From: an uncultured virus (IMG/VR IMGVR_UViG_3300011830_000001)
Lineage: Duplodnaviria; Heunggongvirae; Uroviricota; Caudoviricetes
IMG/VR virus record: IMGVR_UViG_3300011830_000001
Span: 62,001 to 99,199 of that record
DNA length: 37,199 nt
Direction: 5' to 3' (one strand)
Position numbers and translations under genes: made by a program. Under the pieces are notes generated by a model. That model saw only the letters and a list, made by a program, of their open reading frames with translations. It was not told the DNA's origin and searched no databases. This document shows positions 17,589 through 26,460 of this stretch, piece after piece (position 1 is the first letter of the stretch; the number at the start of each line of letters is the position of its first letter).

Positions 17589-17926
17589 CCGAATTGCCAG
17601 CACCGGATCTGTCACTCCGGCTGTGCGTGGTAGAGGCCTGTATCGTCGTGTACGGGCACTGTCAGCGCGAGTATGTGGAAAAGCTGTTTAACAGGGCGGA
17701 GAGCGCCGCAAAACGCGATATACAGGCCTATCGCGCACTTAACCCTGACGCACTGGTATTTAGTAGGTGTCATATGACCTGGAAGCCCACGGAGACATTC
17801 AGGCCCGTGCCGGGGCTATGCCGGGTGGATCATCAGGGCGTGCTGCAAATGCTGTGCGACCTGACCCGAACGACACACCTGCTGGTAGATATGGCAAAGA
17901 CGCAGGCCAGCCAGCTGACAAAATGA
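17585..17926 (+). CDS. Stand-alone winged-HTH resembling the N-terminus of CapW-type WYL regulators
   Basis: RL..VE....YG...RE.VEKLF..AESAAKRDIQAYRALNPDALVF......KPTETFRP. Confidence 0.65.
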   Translation: MTELPAPDLSLRLCVVEACIVVYGHCQREYVEKLFNRAESAAKRDIQAYRALNPDALVFSRCHMTWKPTETFRPVPGLCRVDHQGVLQMLCDLTRTTHLLVDMAKTQASQLTK

Positions 17927-17927
17927 C

Positions 17928-17950
17928 AAAGCCCCTTCGGGGGCTTTTTT
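17928..17950 (+). terminator. Intrinsic terminator
   Basis: AAAGCCCC-TTCG-GGGGCTTT-TTT. Confidence 0.88.
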
Positions 17951-18014
17951 GTTGCGCTCGCTAAATTACTTTTCTTACCCTACGGCCCTCATACCAAACC
18001 GCAGGAAAATTATC

Positions 18015-18413
18015 ATGGCAGGAACCACTAAAAAAGAAGAGACCACACAGGACGGCACTGAACAGACTGCCGAATTAACCCGCCTGAATGCGCTGGTGCT
18101 CCAGCTGCAAAGCCAGCTGCAAACCGAGACAGACCAGCACGTCAAAGACAAAACCGAATTGCAGGCCAAAGTTGATGAGCTGCAAGGCAAGCTTGATGCC
18201 GTTAAGGAGCTGCCAGTGCTGCCGGAGCGTCATGTAGCCCTGCCGATGGATATCGATCCGGAGCTGATGACCCACGGGAGCGATGACCAGAGCAGCGCCT
18301 GGAACGATACCAACAGCCCGCACCGCCAGGCCCGCGCCAGCGTCCTGAATAACATCATCACTGTGCTGGTGGAGCGTGCCGTTGAGACCGTAGCTGATCG
18401 TTTGCTCAAATAA
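18015..18413 (+). CDS. Hypothetical coiled-coil protein
   Basis: AGGA RBS before MAGTTKKEE; heptad pattern. Confidence 0.75.
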   Translation: MAGTTKKEETTQDGTEQTAELTRLNALVLQLQSQLQTETDQHVKDKTELQAKVDELQGKLDAVKELPVLPERHVALPMDIDPELMTHGSDDQSSAWNDTNSPHRQARASVLNNIITVLVERAVETVADRLLK

Positions 18414-18595
18414 AAAAGATTTAGATCTGGCGTATGATTTAGTTTTATCTACGCCATTTTTATTTTGATACATTAATTCTAATTCCCACTGTAAAACCGC
18501 ATAAAATCTCGTTTTTATTGTCACCCCTCCAAACATAATGAATTGCGTTTAGATCTGTAATATTCTCAATCCCACGTATTGCACGGGGGATTGGA

Positions 18596-19570
18596 ATGAT
18601 GAAAAGTAAGGTACGACAGGCCTTAGCGAGCCTTCGCAAAGCCATCACGATGACGGAAACCGACACCGTTTCGATTGCTGCGATGGAAAATTCTCTCACC
18701 GACGCGCTTAAGGCGTTGGATGAGGCTGGCGTTAAAAAGCAGTATGCAATGCTTATCCATGACGCGCTGGAGGTCTTCAATATCCACAAGACCCGCGCAT
18801 TGGCCCCGGCATGCCGGATCGCGCCACCTGTTGATCTCCAGTTTCAACTGGTACCCGTTGCGCACACGCTGGGACAGGATGACCAGTACCGGATCGGCGT
18901 ATACCGCTCATCCACGCACTTTGTCCAGCTCGTACAGGAGCGCGAGGGCACTGTCCGGATGACCGTCAACCGCACCAGTTATTCTTACCAGAACGGTGAG
19001 CCTGTTTGGGACGCCGGAATTAGCTGGGACGATCTCCAGGCCATTAAAGACAGCCTGGGCTTTGCCGAGCGCGACGGTGTAGAAATCTACCCGCGCCGGG
19101 ACGATATCGTGAACGTGGCGAATATGCGCCACCTGTGGATCCTGCCGGACGGCTTCCCGCTGACCTGGCGGCGCGACGGCGGCAAAAAGGCTTTTGATGA
19201 CAAAAAGCACACCTATCCGGATAAACTGCCGTGCCTGGTTGAGCTGCATCCGGGTATACGCCTGCACGCGGGCGTGTCAATAACTGCACTTTTCCTCTCT
19301 CTGACTCGCCGCGCCAAATATCACCAGGAGCGCGAAGCGATGACTATCCAGGAACTTGCCGAAAGCAACGCCGCTTTTGAGCAGATGACCCGCGATCTCG
19401 GCTTCCCGGTACCAAATAACAAACAAAATGGGAGGGCGGTATTTATTTGCAAGGGATGCGAGGGCATCTACGCCGAGCCAGTCAGCCGCTGTGACTGCGG
19501 CGCAGAGCCGGATTTTTATCAGGGTTACATCGTTATCACACCAGAAAAAAAAGAAGGGATTACACCATGA
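18596..19570 (+). CDS. Mosaic phage protein with C-terminal Cys cluster
   Basis: ISWDDLQAIK..EIYP..DIVNVANMRHLW conserved phage motif; CKGC..CDC. Confidence 0.75.
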   Translation: MMKSKVRQALASLRKAITMTETDTVSIAAMENSLTDALKALDEAGVKKQYAMLIHDALEVFNIHKTRALAPACRIAPPVDLQFQLVPVAHTLGQDDQYRIGVYRSSTHFVQLVQEREGTVRMTVNRTSYSYQNGEPVWDAGISWDDLQAIKDSLGFAERDGVEIYPRRDDIVNVANMRHLWILPDGFPLTWRRDGGKKAFDDKKHTYPDKLPCLVELHPGIRLHAGVSITALFLSLTRRAKYHQEREAMTIQELAESNAAFEQMTRDLGFPVPNNKQNGRAVFICKGCEGIYAEPVSRCDCGAEPDFYQGYIVITPEKKEGITP

Positions 19571-19926
19571 TTTTCAGCCGCAAAACTCATGCCTTATTAC
19601 TCATCATGTCAGTGATCAAGAAGCACTATAACGCTCAACCCATCACTGCGGTGAAACTGTCGGAAATCACGGGCTTTTCGCTCTCCTACATAGAGCAGAT
19701 GATCGGCAATTTGCGCGATAAAGAATTTCTGCGCTCCGTACGCGGGCCGAATGGCGGCTATGAGCCAGTGGAAGGCATCTTTGATGAACGTCTGACGGAT
19801 GTGTTTATCCGTCTGGAAACCGAAGCGACCGCACAGGAGCTGGCCTGGGTGGACTGCCTTAAGCGCTCAGTGACTTTTAGTGAATTCATCAACCTGACCT
19901 ATGCACACGGCGAAGATAAAAAATAA
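19567..19926 (+). CDS. Rrf2-family transcription regulator (IscR-like HTH)
   Basis: SLSYIEQM..L......SVRGPNGGY; lacks the IscR three-Cys cluster. Confidence 0.85.
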   Translation: MIFSRKTHALLLIMSVIKKHYNAQPITAVKLSEITGFSLSYIEQMIGNLRDKEFLRSVRGPNGGYEPVEGIFDERLTDVFIRLETEATAQELAWVDCLKRSVTFSEFINLTYAHGEDKK

Positions 19927-20750
19927 TGACTGCGATGAAAACGAAAATGAGCGACGCCGATACCCTGGACAAGATCCGCGTGATGACCCAATGCCCGGCA
20001 GGCGCAGACCTGCTGGCGCACATAGAACGGCTTACCGCCGAATCCGTGCAGCTGCGCTCCGGCCCGCAAGGCTTTTTCTGCTATGACTCTGACTCGGGCT
20101 ATGAAGAATTTCCGACGATGGAGAAGGCCATCGAGGCCGCAGATGCCGCGATTGATTATTACCGTGGTGAGGCGTGCGACGGCTGGAGCGAGGAAACGGA
20201 TAGGGTCTGCTGGGGCATCGTGATGCAGAAAGCCACCATGACCGACGAGCGCGAGGCCACGAAAGAGGACTGCCTTGCTGATCATATTGAGAAATTCTGC
20301 GATTACGTGCTGCTGCCGCAGCTGCAACACGCTGCGCTGGATGCTATCTACGCCCGCAACGTGGTATCCGGTATCGACCTGGTGACGGCGCATTATCACT
20401 CCCTGATGCGTACCGCCTCCTATGAGGGCAATACCATTGAGCATAAACGCCTGCATGTACTGTTGGGCGAGCTGTACGCCCTCCGGAGGACGATCCGCAA
20501 AACGGGCGACACGCTGCTAACCCAGGTGCGTGAACAGGTGATAGCAGACCTCTGGATGTGCTCCCTTTTCGATATGGCGCAATGCATGTGGGAGGTCGGT
20601 ATGTTCGACAAGGCAGAAGACCGGAACGAAGCCCGCGATATGTTGCGTGACGAGCTGGTGGAGCGCCTGGACGATTTCACCGCGTCACTGAGCAAGCTGC
20701 CCGAGCTGGAGACGGCTAACTTGATCGCCGCCCCGGAGCCAAAGGCATGA
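19926..20750 (+). CDS. Hypothetical acidic phage protein
   Basis: 274 aa, translationally coupled at both ends. Confidence 0.75.
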   Translation: MTAMKTKMSDADTLDKIRVMTQCPAGADLLAHIERLTAESVQLRSGPQGFFCYDSDSGYEEFPTMEKAIEAADAAIDYYRGEACDGWSEETDRVCWGIVMQKATMTDEREATKEDCLADHIEKFCDYVLLPQLQHAALDAIYARNVVSGIDLVTAHYHSLMRTASYEGNTIEHKRLHVLLGELYALRRTIRKTGDTLLTQVREQVIADLWMCSLFDMAQCMWEVGMFDKAEDRNEARDMLRDELVERLDDFTASLSKLPELETANLIAAPEPKA

Positions 20751-21394
20751 TTAAGGGCGGCGTAGAAGTAACATCGCGGGCCGAAATTCTGGAGCAAGTC
20801 ACGAAGATGCTGACCCTTGCCAGACAGGCCACGCCTGGCATGTGGGATATGGACTGTAATGGAGCAGAGGACGGCAAGCCAACGCTGCATGCCGTGGTGC
20901 GTGGGGAAAACGGCGGGCTTATCCGTTACATACTGGCCCGCCTGAACTCTGCCCGCTGGCGCAACGCCGAACAGACGCAGAAAGACGCACGTTTTATTTC
21001 TGCGTGCAGCCCGGCGCACATTATCAAGCTGCTGACAAATCTGCTGGTGGCTTTTGACAGGTGCGACTGCCTCAAGACAGAGGCAGGCCAGAAAGATGCG
21101 GAGATCGCCGGGCTGCGTGAGCAAGTCAAAGATCTGCACCTGGGGCGCGTGACCGTCACCCTCCCTGTATCCACTGATCCGGAATTCTGGTTTGAAGGGG
21201 TATTCCAGCACCGTCGTTATGAGCGTGCGTTAGAGCGCGTATTACTCGATGAAGCAGGTAAATCCGGTATCCATATTGTTATCAAAACCGCCGAGGCCGC
21301 AGCTGATGAAGAAGGAGCACGATACGCTGATGGAGCGTGCTCCAGCGTAAGCCTGCCAACCATAGAGACAAACCAACTGGAGAAGAAGAATTGA
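20747..21394 (+). CDS. Ead/Ea22-like protein
   Basis: LARQATPGMW..DARFISACSPAHIIKLL pattern followed by a coiled coil. Confidence 0.7.
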   Translation: MIKGGVEVTSRAEILEQVTKMLTLARQATPGMWDMDCNGAEDGKPTLHAVVRGENGGLIRYILARLNSARWRNAEQTQKDARFISACSPAHIIKLLTNLLVAFDRCDCLKTEAGQKDAEIAGLREQVKDLHLGRVTVTLPVSTDPEFWFEGVFQHRRYERALERVLLDEAGKSGIHIVIKTAEAAADEEGARYADGACSSVSLPTIETNQLEKKN

Positions 21395-21942
21395 ACAAAT
21401 TAGAACGGCTGGTGGAGGCCGCAGCAGGAGCAGAACCAGCAGCCTGGGAGCGGCATATAGTGGCGAAAATTGCCGAGTGGAAAGAGAAGGCCACGCCTTC
21501 CAGCGTGGATTCACTATTTGTTCACTGGCTAGTCAGCGACGACGAAACGACGGGCATGTCGCCGCATGACGCTCATGAACCGGACTCCGATGGGATACGC
21601 TTTGCGCTGGAAGCCTTTCGTGCCGGAATGGAGCTGGCCTGTTACATCGCTGACATGTCGGATAAAGGCGAGAAGACCCCGAAAGAAGCCGCTCCCGCGT
21701 TAATCGATACACCTGACGGCAATCAGCAGGTAATCACTTTAGAGCTGAGAGATGCCGGAAAAACTATCAAATCGGCGATTCCTGCGCAGCCGGGCCAGCG
21801 CCCGCCAGCGGGGGCGTTCCCTCCGCTAAAACCAGAGCCGCAGTACCAACCCAGCGATCCGCGCAGCCCTTATCATCTACTCTGGCTTAAAGACCAGGAA
21901 AATATAGAAGTAGTGGAAGACTTAGATCCAAAAATCGTTTAG
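21391..21942 (+). CDS. Hypothetical protein
   Basis: TTGA overlap start after a GGAG RBS; Pro-rich tail. Confidence 0.65.
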   Translation: MNKLERLVEAAAGAEPAAWERHIVAKIAEWKEKATPSSVDSLFVHWLVSDDETTGMSPHDAHEPDSDGIRFALEAFRAGMELACYIADMSDKGEKTPKEAAPALIDTPDGNQQVITLELRDAGKTIKSAIPAQPGQRPPAGAFPPLKPEPQYQPSDPRSPYHLLWLKDQENIEVVEDLDPKIV

Positions 21943-22015
21943 AGTTAGTAGCTCAAGGTATAGGGGTGCCACTGCTTCAATATTGAGTTACATCCAAATT
22001 GCTGTGTGTAGTTTA

Positions 22016-22042
22016 GCCCATCTCGCTGATGGGCGTTTTTTT
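22016..22042 (+). terminator. Intrinsic terminator
   Basis: GCCCATC-TCGCT-GATGGGC-G-T7. Confidence 0.75.
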
Positions 22043-22192
22043 ACCTGACATACAGGATTGAGCGGCCTCAATCCTCTGTGCCAGGAGAGATCTGGTGCGC
22101 ATTCATTCATCGTTACTATCGATCACAATCAGGCCAGGGCGGCTCGCGCACTCCGCCCCTGGTGCAGAACCGTTTAACCATTGAGGCACCTA

Positions 22193-22828
22193 ATGACCGT
22201 TTACATTGGAAATAGCCCGTTTAAACGCCGCTGGTTCGCCGTAGCAGCTCTCGCTGCCGTATCGCTGGTGGCACTGACCAATTGCGACGATTCCGACGAC
22301 GCAGACCAGCAGCCGGTATATGCCGCGCAACAGCCGCAGGCCGCTCAGGGTATGGTTGTCACCCCTGCGGCTCCTGTGCAGGCTCAGGCAGTGCCACAAC
22401 CTGTCATAGTGAATAACGTGCCAGCTCAGTCCGGCGATCACTTGTCCATGATGGATTACCTTATGTTGCATCACATCATGAGCGGTAGCCGTAACACGGT
22501 TCAACTTGCCTCCCACGATGCGCCGTCATCTGCATACGTCAATCGCAGCAACCGGAATAGCTCCAGCAGCCGTACCGTGGTAAATAACGTCACGAACGTT
22601 TACCATGCGCCCGCTGCGGCTCCGGTGGCTAAACCCGTGACAACCAGCCCTCGCAGCTATACCGTGAGCGCTCCGTCTGCGTCAGCGATGAAATCCCGCA
22701 CCTGGAGCACCAGCACCACGAAAGGGTGGGGTAGTTCAACCAGCTACAGCGCGAAGCCGTCTTACAGCTCCCGTAGCAGCACCAGCAGTTTCCGGAGTAG
22801 CTCCAGCTCCTTTGCTGGTCGGCGTTAA
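22193..22828 (+). CDS. Putative lipoprotein with disordered Ser-rich tail
   Basis: GAGG RBS; KRRW + hydrophobic stretch + LTNC lipobox-like; C-terminal SSRSSTSSFRSSSSSF. Confidence 0.72.
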   Translation: MTVYIGNSPFKRRWFAVAALAAVSLVALTNCDDSDDADQQPVYAAQQPQAAQGMVVTPAAPVQAQAVPQPVIVNNVPAQSGDHLSMMDYLMLHHIMSGSRNTVQLASHDAPSSAYVNRSNRNSSSSRTVVNNVTNVYHAPAAAPVAKPVTTSPRSYTVSAPSASAMKSRTWSTSTTKGWGSSTSYSAKPSYSSRSSTSSFRSSSSSFAGRR

Positions 22829-22912
22829 TAGCTTAATGTGCGCCAGCGTGGCGCACATTGGGATAGGTAATGCTTGCTCCTATCGACCCACTTTTTTCGC
22901 AGAAAGTCAAAG

Positions 22913-22934
22913 ACCCCGCTTCGGCGGGTTTTTT
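22913..22934 (+). terminator. Intrinsic terminator
   Basis: CCCGC-TTCG-GCGGG-T6. Confidence 0.85.
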
Positions 22935-22969
22935 GTTATAAGGAAAACAAATCCTTAGTTTATTTTTGA

Positions 22970-23003
22970 TTGTGTAGACATTAATCAGGTGCGAGTGCAT
23001 ATT
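22970..23003 (+). promoter_or_regulatory. Promoter, copy 1 of the TTGTGTAGACA class
   Basis: TAGACA-N17-CATATT. Confidence 0.6.
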
Positions 23004-23079
23004 GTCCATTTTGGTGCTGATTAGCGCCGACCATCCCGGCGGGATCCCGACGGGCCTGGGATATTTAAGGATATACATC

Positions 23080-23481
23080 ATGAAAATTCGCCCCCTTATT
23101 GCCTCTGCGATCCTGGTTTCATCATCCCTTTTCTCGTTCAATGCCTTTGCTGACTATGGCAAAGACGCGGCACAAGCCTACATGGGCGATTTTGTCGCGC
23201 AGGTAGCCAAAGAGGAAAAAGCTGATACACGCGGTTACTACACCCTTCGCGTTCAAGTGATTCAGGACGATATGGCGAAGGTATTTAACAAGTTCTACCA
23301 GGCTGGCATGGCCTATGAGGGCCAGGAGCTGAATCAGAACAAAGTGCGCCAGTACGTACTTTCTACCGCGCAGCAACTGGAGATCACCGATAACACCTAT
23401 TTCCGCCGTTTCATGAAGCTGGGCGTGCAGGCAATGAACGATGGCGCGAACAACGCACCTTTCCACGGGATCGAAGAGTAA
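23080..23481 (+). CDS. Secreted/periplasmic protein
   Basis: AAGGA RBS; MKIRPLIASAILVSSSLFSFNAFA signal peptide ending in AFA. Confidence 0.8.
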   Translation: MKIRPLIASAILVSSSLFSFNAFADYGKDAAQAYMGDFVAQVAKEEKADTRGYYTLRVQVIQDDMAKVFNKFYQAGMAYEGQELNQNKVRQYVLSTAQQLEITDNTYFRRFMKLGVQAMNDGANNAPFHGIEE

Positions 23482-23561
23482 CAAAGCCAGAAAAGCTGCC
23501 CCATTGATAAAACCGCACCCGCGCTACGGCAGGTAAACCAGGAAGAATAAAACATCTCTGT

Positions 23562-23595
23562 TTGTGTAGACAAATAGAGATAAAAGGAGCATATT
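23562..23595 (+). promoter_or_regulatory. Promoter, copy 2 of the TTGTGTAGACA class
   Basis: TAGACA-N17-CATATT, same elements as copy 1. Confidence 0.6.
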
Positions 23596-23660
23596 AATTA
23601 TCTCGGCGCACAACAGCGCCGACCGCCCCGGCGGCTCCGGGCTTTCAAAGGATTTACCCC

Positions 23661-24419
23661 ATGAAACCGATGTTAAAAGCTGATTTCTTTGCTGCTATCA
23701 AGTCCCTCCTTAAAAACGGTTTTAAACCACGTTTTCGCACCACCAACGTCGGCAAAATTGGCCTCATCGAATTTGCGGGTAAGGACGACTTAAACCAGGT
23801 TGAGCAGGTTTACTCCTGCAACAGCTACAGCACCGAGCGCATGGCTGCACGCTATCAGGGCTGGATGGATCAGATCATGGCTGAGCACCACGCCGCTATC
23901 GCCGAAGATATGCAGCGGGACGAAAAAGTCCTGGTAGGCGCGAAGATTTTCACCGTTCAAACATTCCGTACCACTTTCACCCGCTCCATCAACGGTACCC
24001 CGAGAAGCCAGACGTGCCCCCGCACTGGCGTTATCGTGCTGAATAACGGCGCGGAAGTGATGGCGGGTGATGTGATTCGCCTCGGGCCTGACCGTGAGCC
24101 TACCGATGAAGAAAACGCCCTGGCGGATATTCTGAACGGTATGCAGAGCAAAGCCGATGAGGAAGGTGCTTGCGGCACGCCGGACGGCATGCCAATGAGC
24201 AAAGCTGATTTTCAGGCTCTGGTGGAAAAGGTGCGTGCTGCTGGATGCACACCGCGTGTCGAATGGGGGTACGTCTTTAAATGGTCACACTTATGCTGGA
24301 CGGCGGCGGACGGCAGCGAACAACGCCGCGCCCTGTATCAGACCTCGCCAGGTAGCGCCTATCTAATGCGCCGTCGCTACGAGAACTGGTTACGCGACTC
24401 ACTTCCGGTAAAAGAATGA
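23661..24419 (+). CDS. Hypothetical protein with duplicated ~70-aa terminal domains
   Basis: KADF..G..PR..Y....S...M..RY..W occurs at both ends. Confidence 0.78.
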   Translation: MKPMLKADFFAAIKSLLKNGFKPRFRTTNVGKIGLIEFAGKDDLNQVEQVYSCNSYSTERMAARYQGWMDQIMAEHHAAIAEDMQRDEKVLVGAKIFTVQTFRTTFTRSINGTPRSQTCPRTGVIVLNNGAEVMAGDVIRLGPDREPTDEENALADILNGMQSKADEEGACGTPDGMPMSKADFQALVEKVRAAGCTPRVEWGYVFKWSHLCWTAADGSEQRRALYQTSPGSAYLMRRRYENWLRDSLPVKE

Positions 24420-24616
24420 CGAGAAAAGATAAAATGCGCGGCAATACCAACGCCGTGCGCGGAGAAGAACCCGCCTCTATGCAGCTGCATATGCGGGTAA
24501 CACCTTCCCGCAAAAATCGCTACGTGAAAGTAGCCATGAAATCCGGCATGAAAATGTCGGAATGGATGCAGAGCGTACTGGATGCCGCTTGTGATGCAGC
24601 GGAAAAAAAAGATTAA
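24416..24616 (+). CDS. Ribbon-helix-helix DNA-binding protein
   Basis: QLHMRVTPSRK..YVKVA...GMKMSEWMQSVL. Confidence 0.75.
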   Translation: MTRKDKMRGNTNAVRGEEPASMQLHMRVTPSRKNRYVKVAMKSGMKMSEWMQSVLDAACDAAEKKD

Positions 24617-24663
24617 GATGACCGGGCGACAAAAACCCGCTCAAAAATGAACCTGGGGAATCT

Positions 24664-25377
24664 ATGGCACTCGAAACCGTCACACCAACCACTATCGAAG
24701 ATGACGAAGCAGCCGGAGGTGGCACTGTCACACGTCATCCGGCCTTTGGGATGGTATCCGTAAACCGAACGCACTCCACGGGCACTCGCCTGTATGCGTC
24801 CGATCTGTCTCACCAGGAAGTGATCACCATGTCGTTTCATGTGGCTGAACAGGTAGAGAACGACGGCGTTATCCGTCACCGCCGTGATCGCCGCTCGGGC
24901 ACCTTGCTATCTGTCTCCCTGTCTCCGGCGCAGTGGGCCGCGATGATCACCAGCTTTGGCATGGGTGACGGCGTACCCTGCACCCTGAACGCGATCCGCA
25001 CTGAGGGCTACCAGCGCCTGCCGCTGATTGGGCATACCGAGAGCGTGCGCGAGCGCTACGACCGCCAGATTAAAGAGGCGACTGAGCGTCAGCTCAAGCG
25101 GATTCAGGAGCATATGGACGCGCTGGCGGCGCTGGTGGCGAAGGGTAAGGCGGGCAAGAAAGAGCTGGCGGACGTTTACTCCGGCCTTGCCAACGCCGTC
25201 AATAACCTGCCTGGCAACCTTGCTTTCACCTCTGAGCTGATCCAGGAAAACATGGACAAGATTGTTGCCAGTGGCAAAGCCGAGCTGGAAGCCGCTGCGC
25301 TGGGCGTAGCGACTCGCCTGGGCGTGAAAGAAATCAGCCGCCTGGCTGCGCTGGAAGATAAATCGGGAGAGGAATAA
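24664..25377 (+). CDS. Conserved phage hypothetical protein
   Basis: HPAFGMVSVNR..LYASDL..H, LSPAQWAAMITS..G.GVPCTL. Confidence 0.8.
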   Translation: MALETVTPTTIEDDEAAGGGTVTRHPAFGMVSVNRTHSTGTRLYASDLSHQEVITMSFHVAEQVENDGVIRHRRDRRSGTLLSVSLSPAQWAAMITSFGMGDGVPCTLNAIRTEGYQRLPLIGHTESVRERYDRQIKEATERQLKRIQEHMDALAALVAKGKAGKKELADVYSGLANAVNNLPGNLAFTSELIQENMDKIVASGKAELEAAALGVATRLGVKEISRLAALEDKSGEE

Positions 25378-25571
25378 TGACCCGTTTATCAGCAAATCAA
25401 ACCGCGCTTATCGCTGGCTGGTGTGCCGGGCGCGAAATTTTGGGCGACCGTGTGACGGCTGACGAAGTGAAAGCCGCCTGCCGTGAGCTGGGTATCGAAA
25501 ACGATGGCGATTTTGACCTGTACGACATTAAAGAAGTCGGCGAAATGGTGAAGGATAGCAATGACAATTAA
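25377..25571 (+). CDS. Hypothetical protein
   Basis: 64 aa, GAGG RBS, coupled. Confidence 0.7.
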   Translation: MTRLSANQTALIAGWCAGREILGDRVTADEVKAACRELGIENDGDFDLYDIKEVGEMVKDSNDN

Positions 25572-25815
25572 ACCACCTAAGCGCCTGTATGAATGGAACG
25601 GTGCGAGTGTGAAGCTGGTGCGCGAAACGGCTAACGGCTGGGCGACATTACCAGCCGGAACGCCGGGTAAAATCCGGGCTGTTAAAGGGTCGCGCAGTGG
25701 TCTGGAGTTTGTTAGCGATGCCTGCCAGTGCTGCGGCGTGCAGGTGAAAATAAGCCATATGCGACCTGAAAGTTTTGAATTGCTCGCACTGGCGGCACTG
25801 GAAGAAAAAAAATGA
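25561..25815 (+). CDS. Hypothetical protein with CQCCG motif
   Basis: 84 aa, AAGGA RBS, coupled. Confidence 0.7.
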   Translation: MTIKPPKRLYEWNGASVKLVRETANGWATLPAGTPGKIRAVKGSRSGLEFVSDACQCCGVQVKISHMRPESFELLALAALEEKK

Positions 25816-26225
25816 AGGAGCTTGAAGAAATTGCCCTGATGGCAAGGAATATTCTGCAAGAAGCACTACTACGCTACATGAATAAAGACAATACCAAAGG
25901 CACCTGCCTCTATGGTGCTCACCTGGTTCATACGATGGTGAGCCAGTTTACTCAGTATGCATCGGTAGTTCGTGGAGGAGATGGCAAGGGTGATGGTGGA
26001 TTCTACATCTGTGGTGTCGGTCATGGTCATTATTGGGTTGAGGTTAGGATGCCGTCTGAGGTGGTTGTGATCGACATTACGGCAGATCAATTTGGCATTG
26101 AACCACTAATTATAAAGCCAGCAAGAGATTTGGAATTTTACTTTAACGGGAATCAAGAGCTGATCGACCAACATTATGGTGAGTTTATGCTGGAGATTGG
26201 ATCTGTCGTGACGAGAACGCGGTAA
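25812..26225 (+). CDS. Transglutaminase/papain-fold-like protein
   Basis: GTC...GHYWVE...IDITADQF (Cys-His-Asp order). Confidence 0.65.
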   Translation: MKELEEIALMARNILQEALLRYMNKDNTKGTCLYGAHLVHTMVSQFTQYASVVRGGDGKGDGGFYICGVGHGHYWVEVRMPSEVVVIDITADQFGIEPLIIKPARDLEFYFNGNQELIDQHYGEFMLEIGSVVTRTR

Positions 26226-26455
26226 TGCAGACATTTACCTCCGGCGGCATTCCTTTTGTGATGCTGGATGAGGGTGAGTTAACCCCTCCGTTTACTCCAT
26301 ATCTGATGGATGCCCGGCTGATTTACCACTATGAGGGGCGCTGGTGGATCAAGATCCTCCGCAAAGGAAAATGGGTGGACTACACCGACAAGAATTTCCC
26401 GACCCAAAACGAGGCATTTAATTATGCCTACGAAACCTCATTAAAACGGAACTGA
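26225..26455 (+). CDS. Hypothetical protein
   Basis: 76 aa, TAATG coupling. Confidence 0.7.
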   Translation: MQTFTSGGIPFVMLDEGELTPPFTPYLMDARLIYHYEGRWWIKILRKGKWVDYTDKNFPTQNEAFNYAYETSLKRN

Positions 26456-26460
26456 GCAAA

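Noticed and set aside
21942..22010. tRNA-like start (GTAGCTCAAGGTATAG)
   Set aside because: No anticodon arm, T-arm or acceptor stem can be built.
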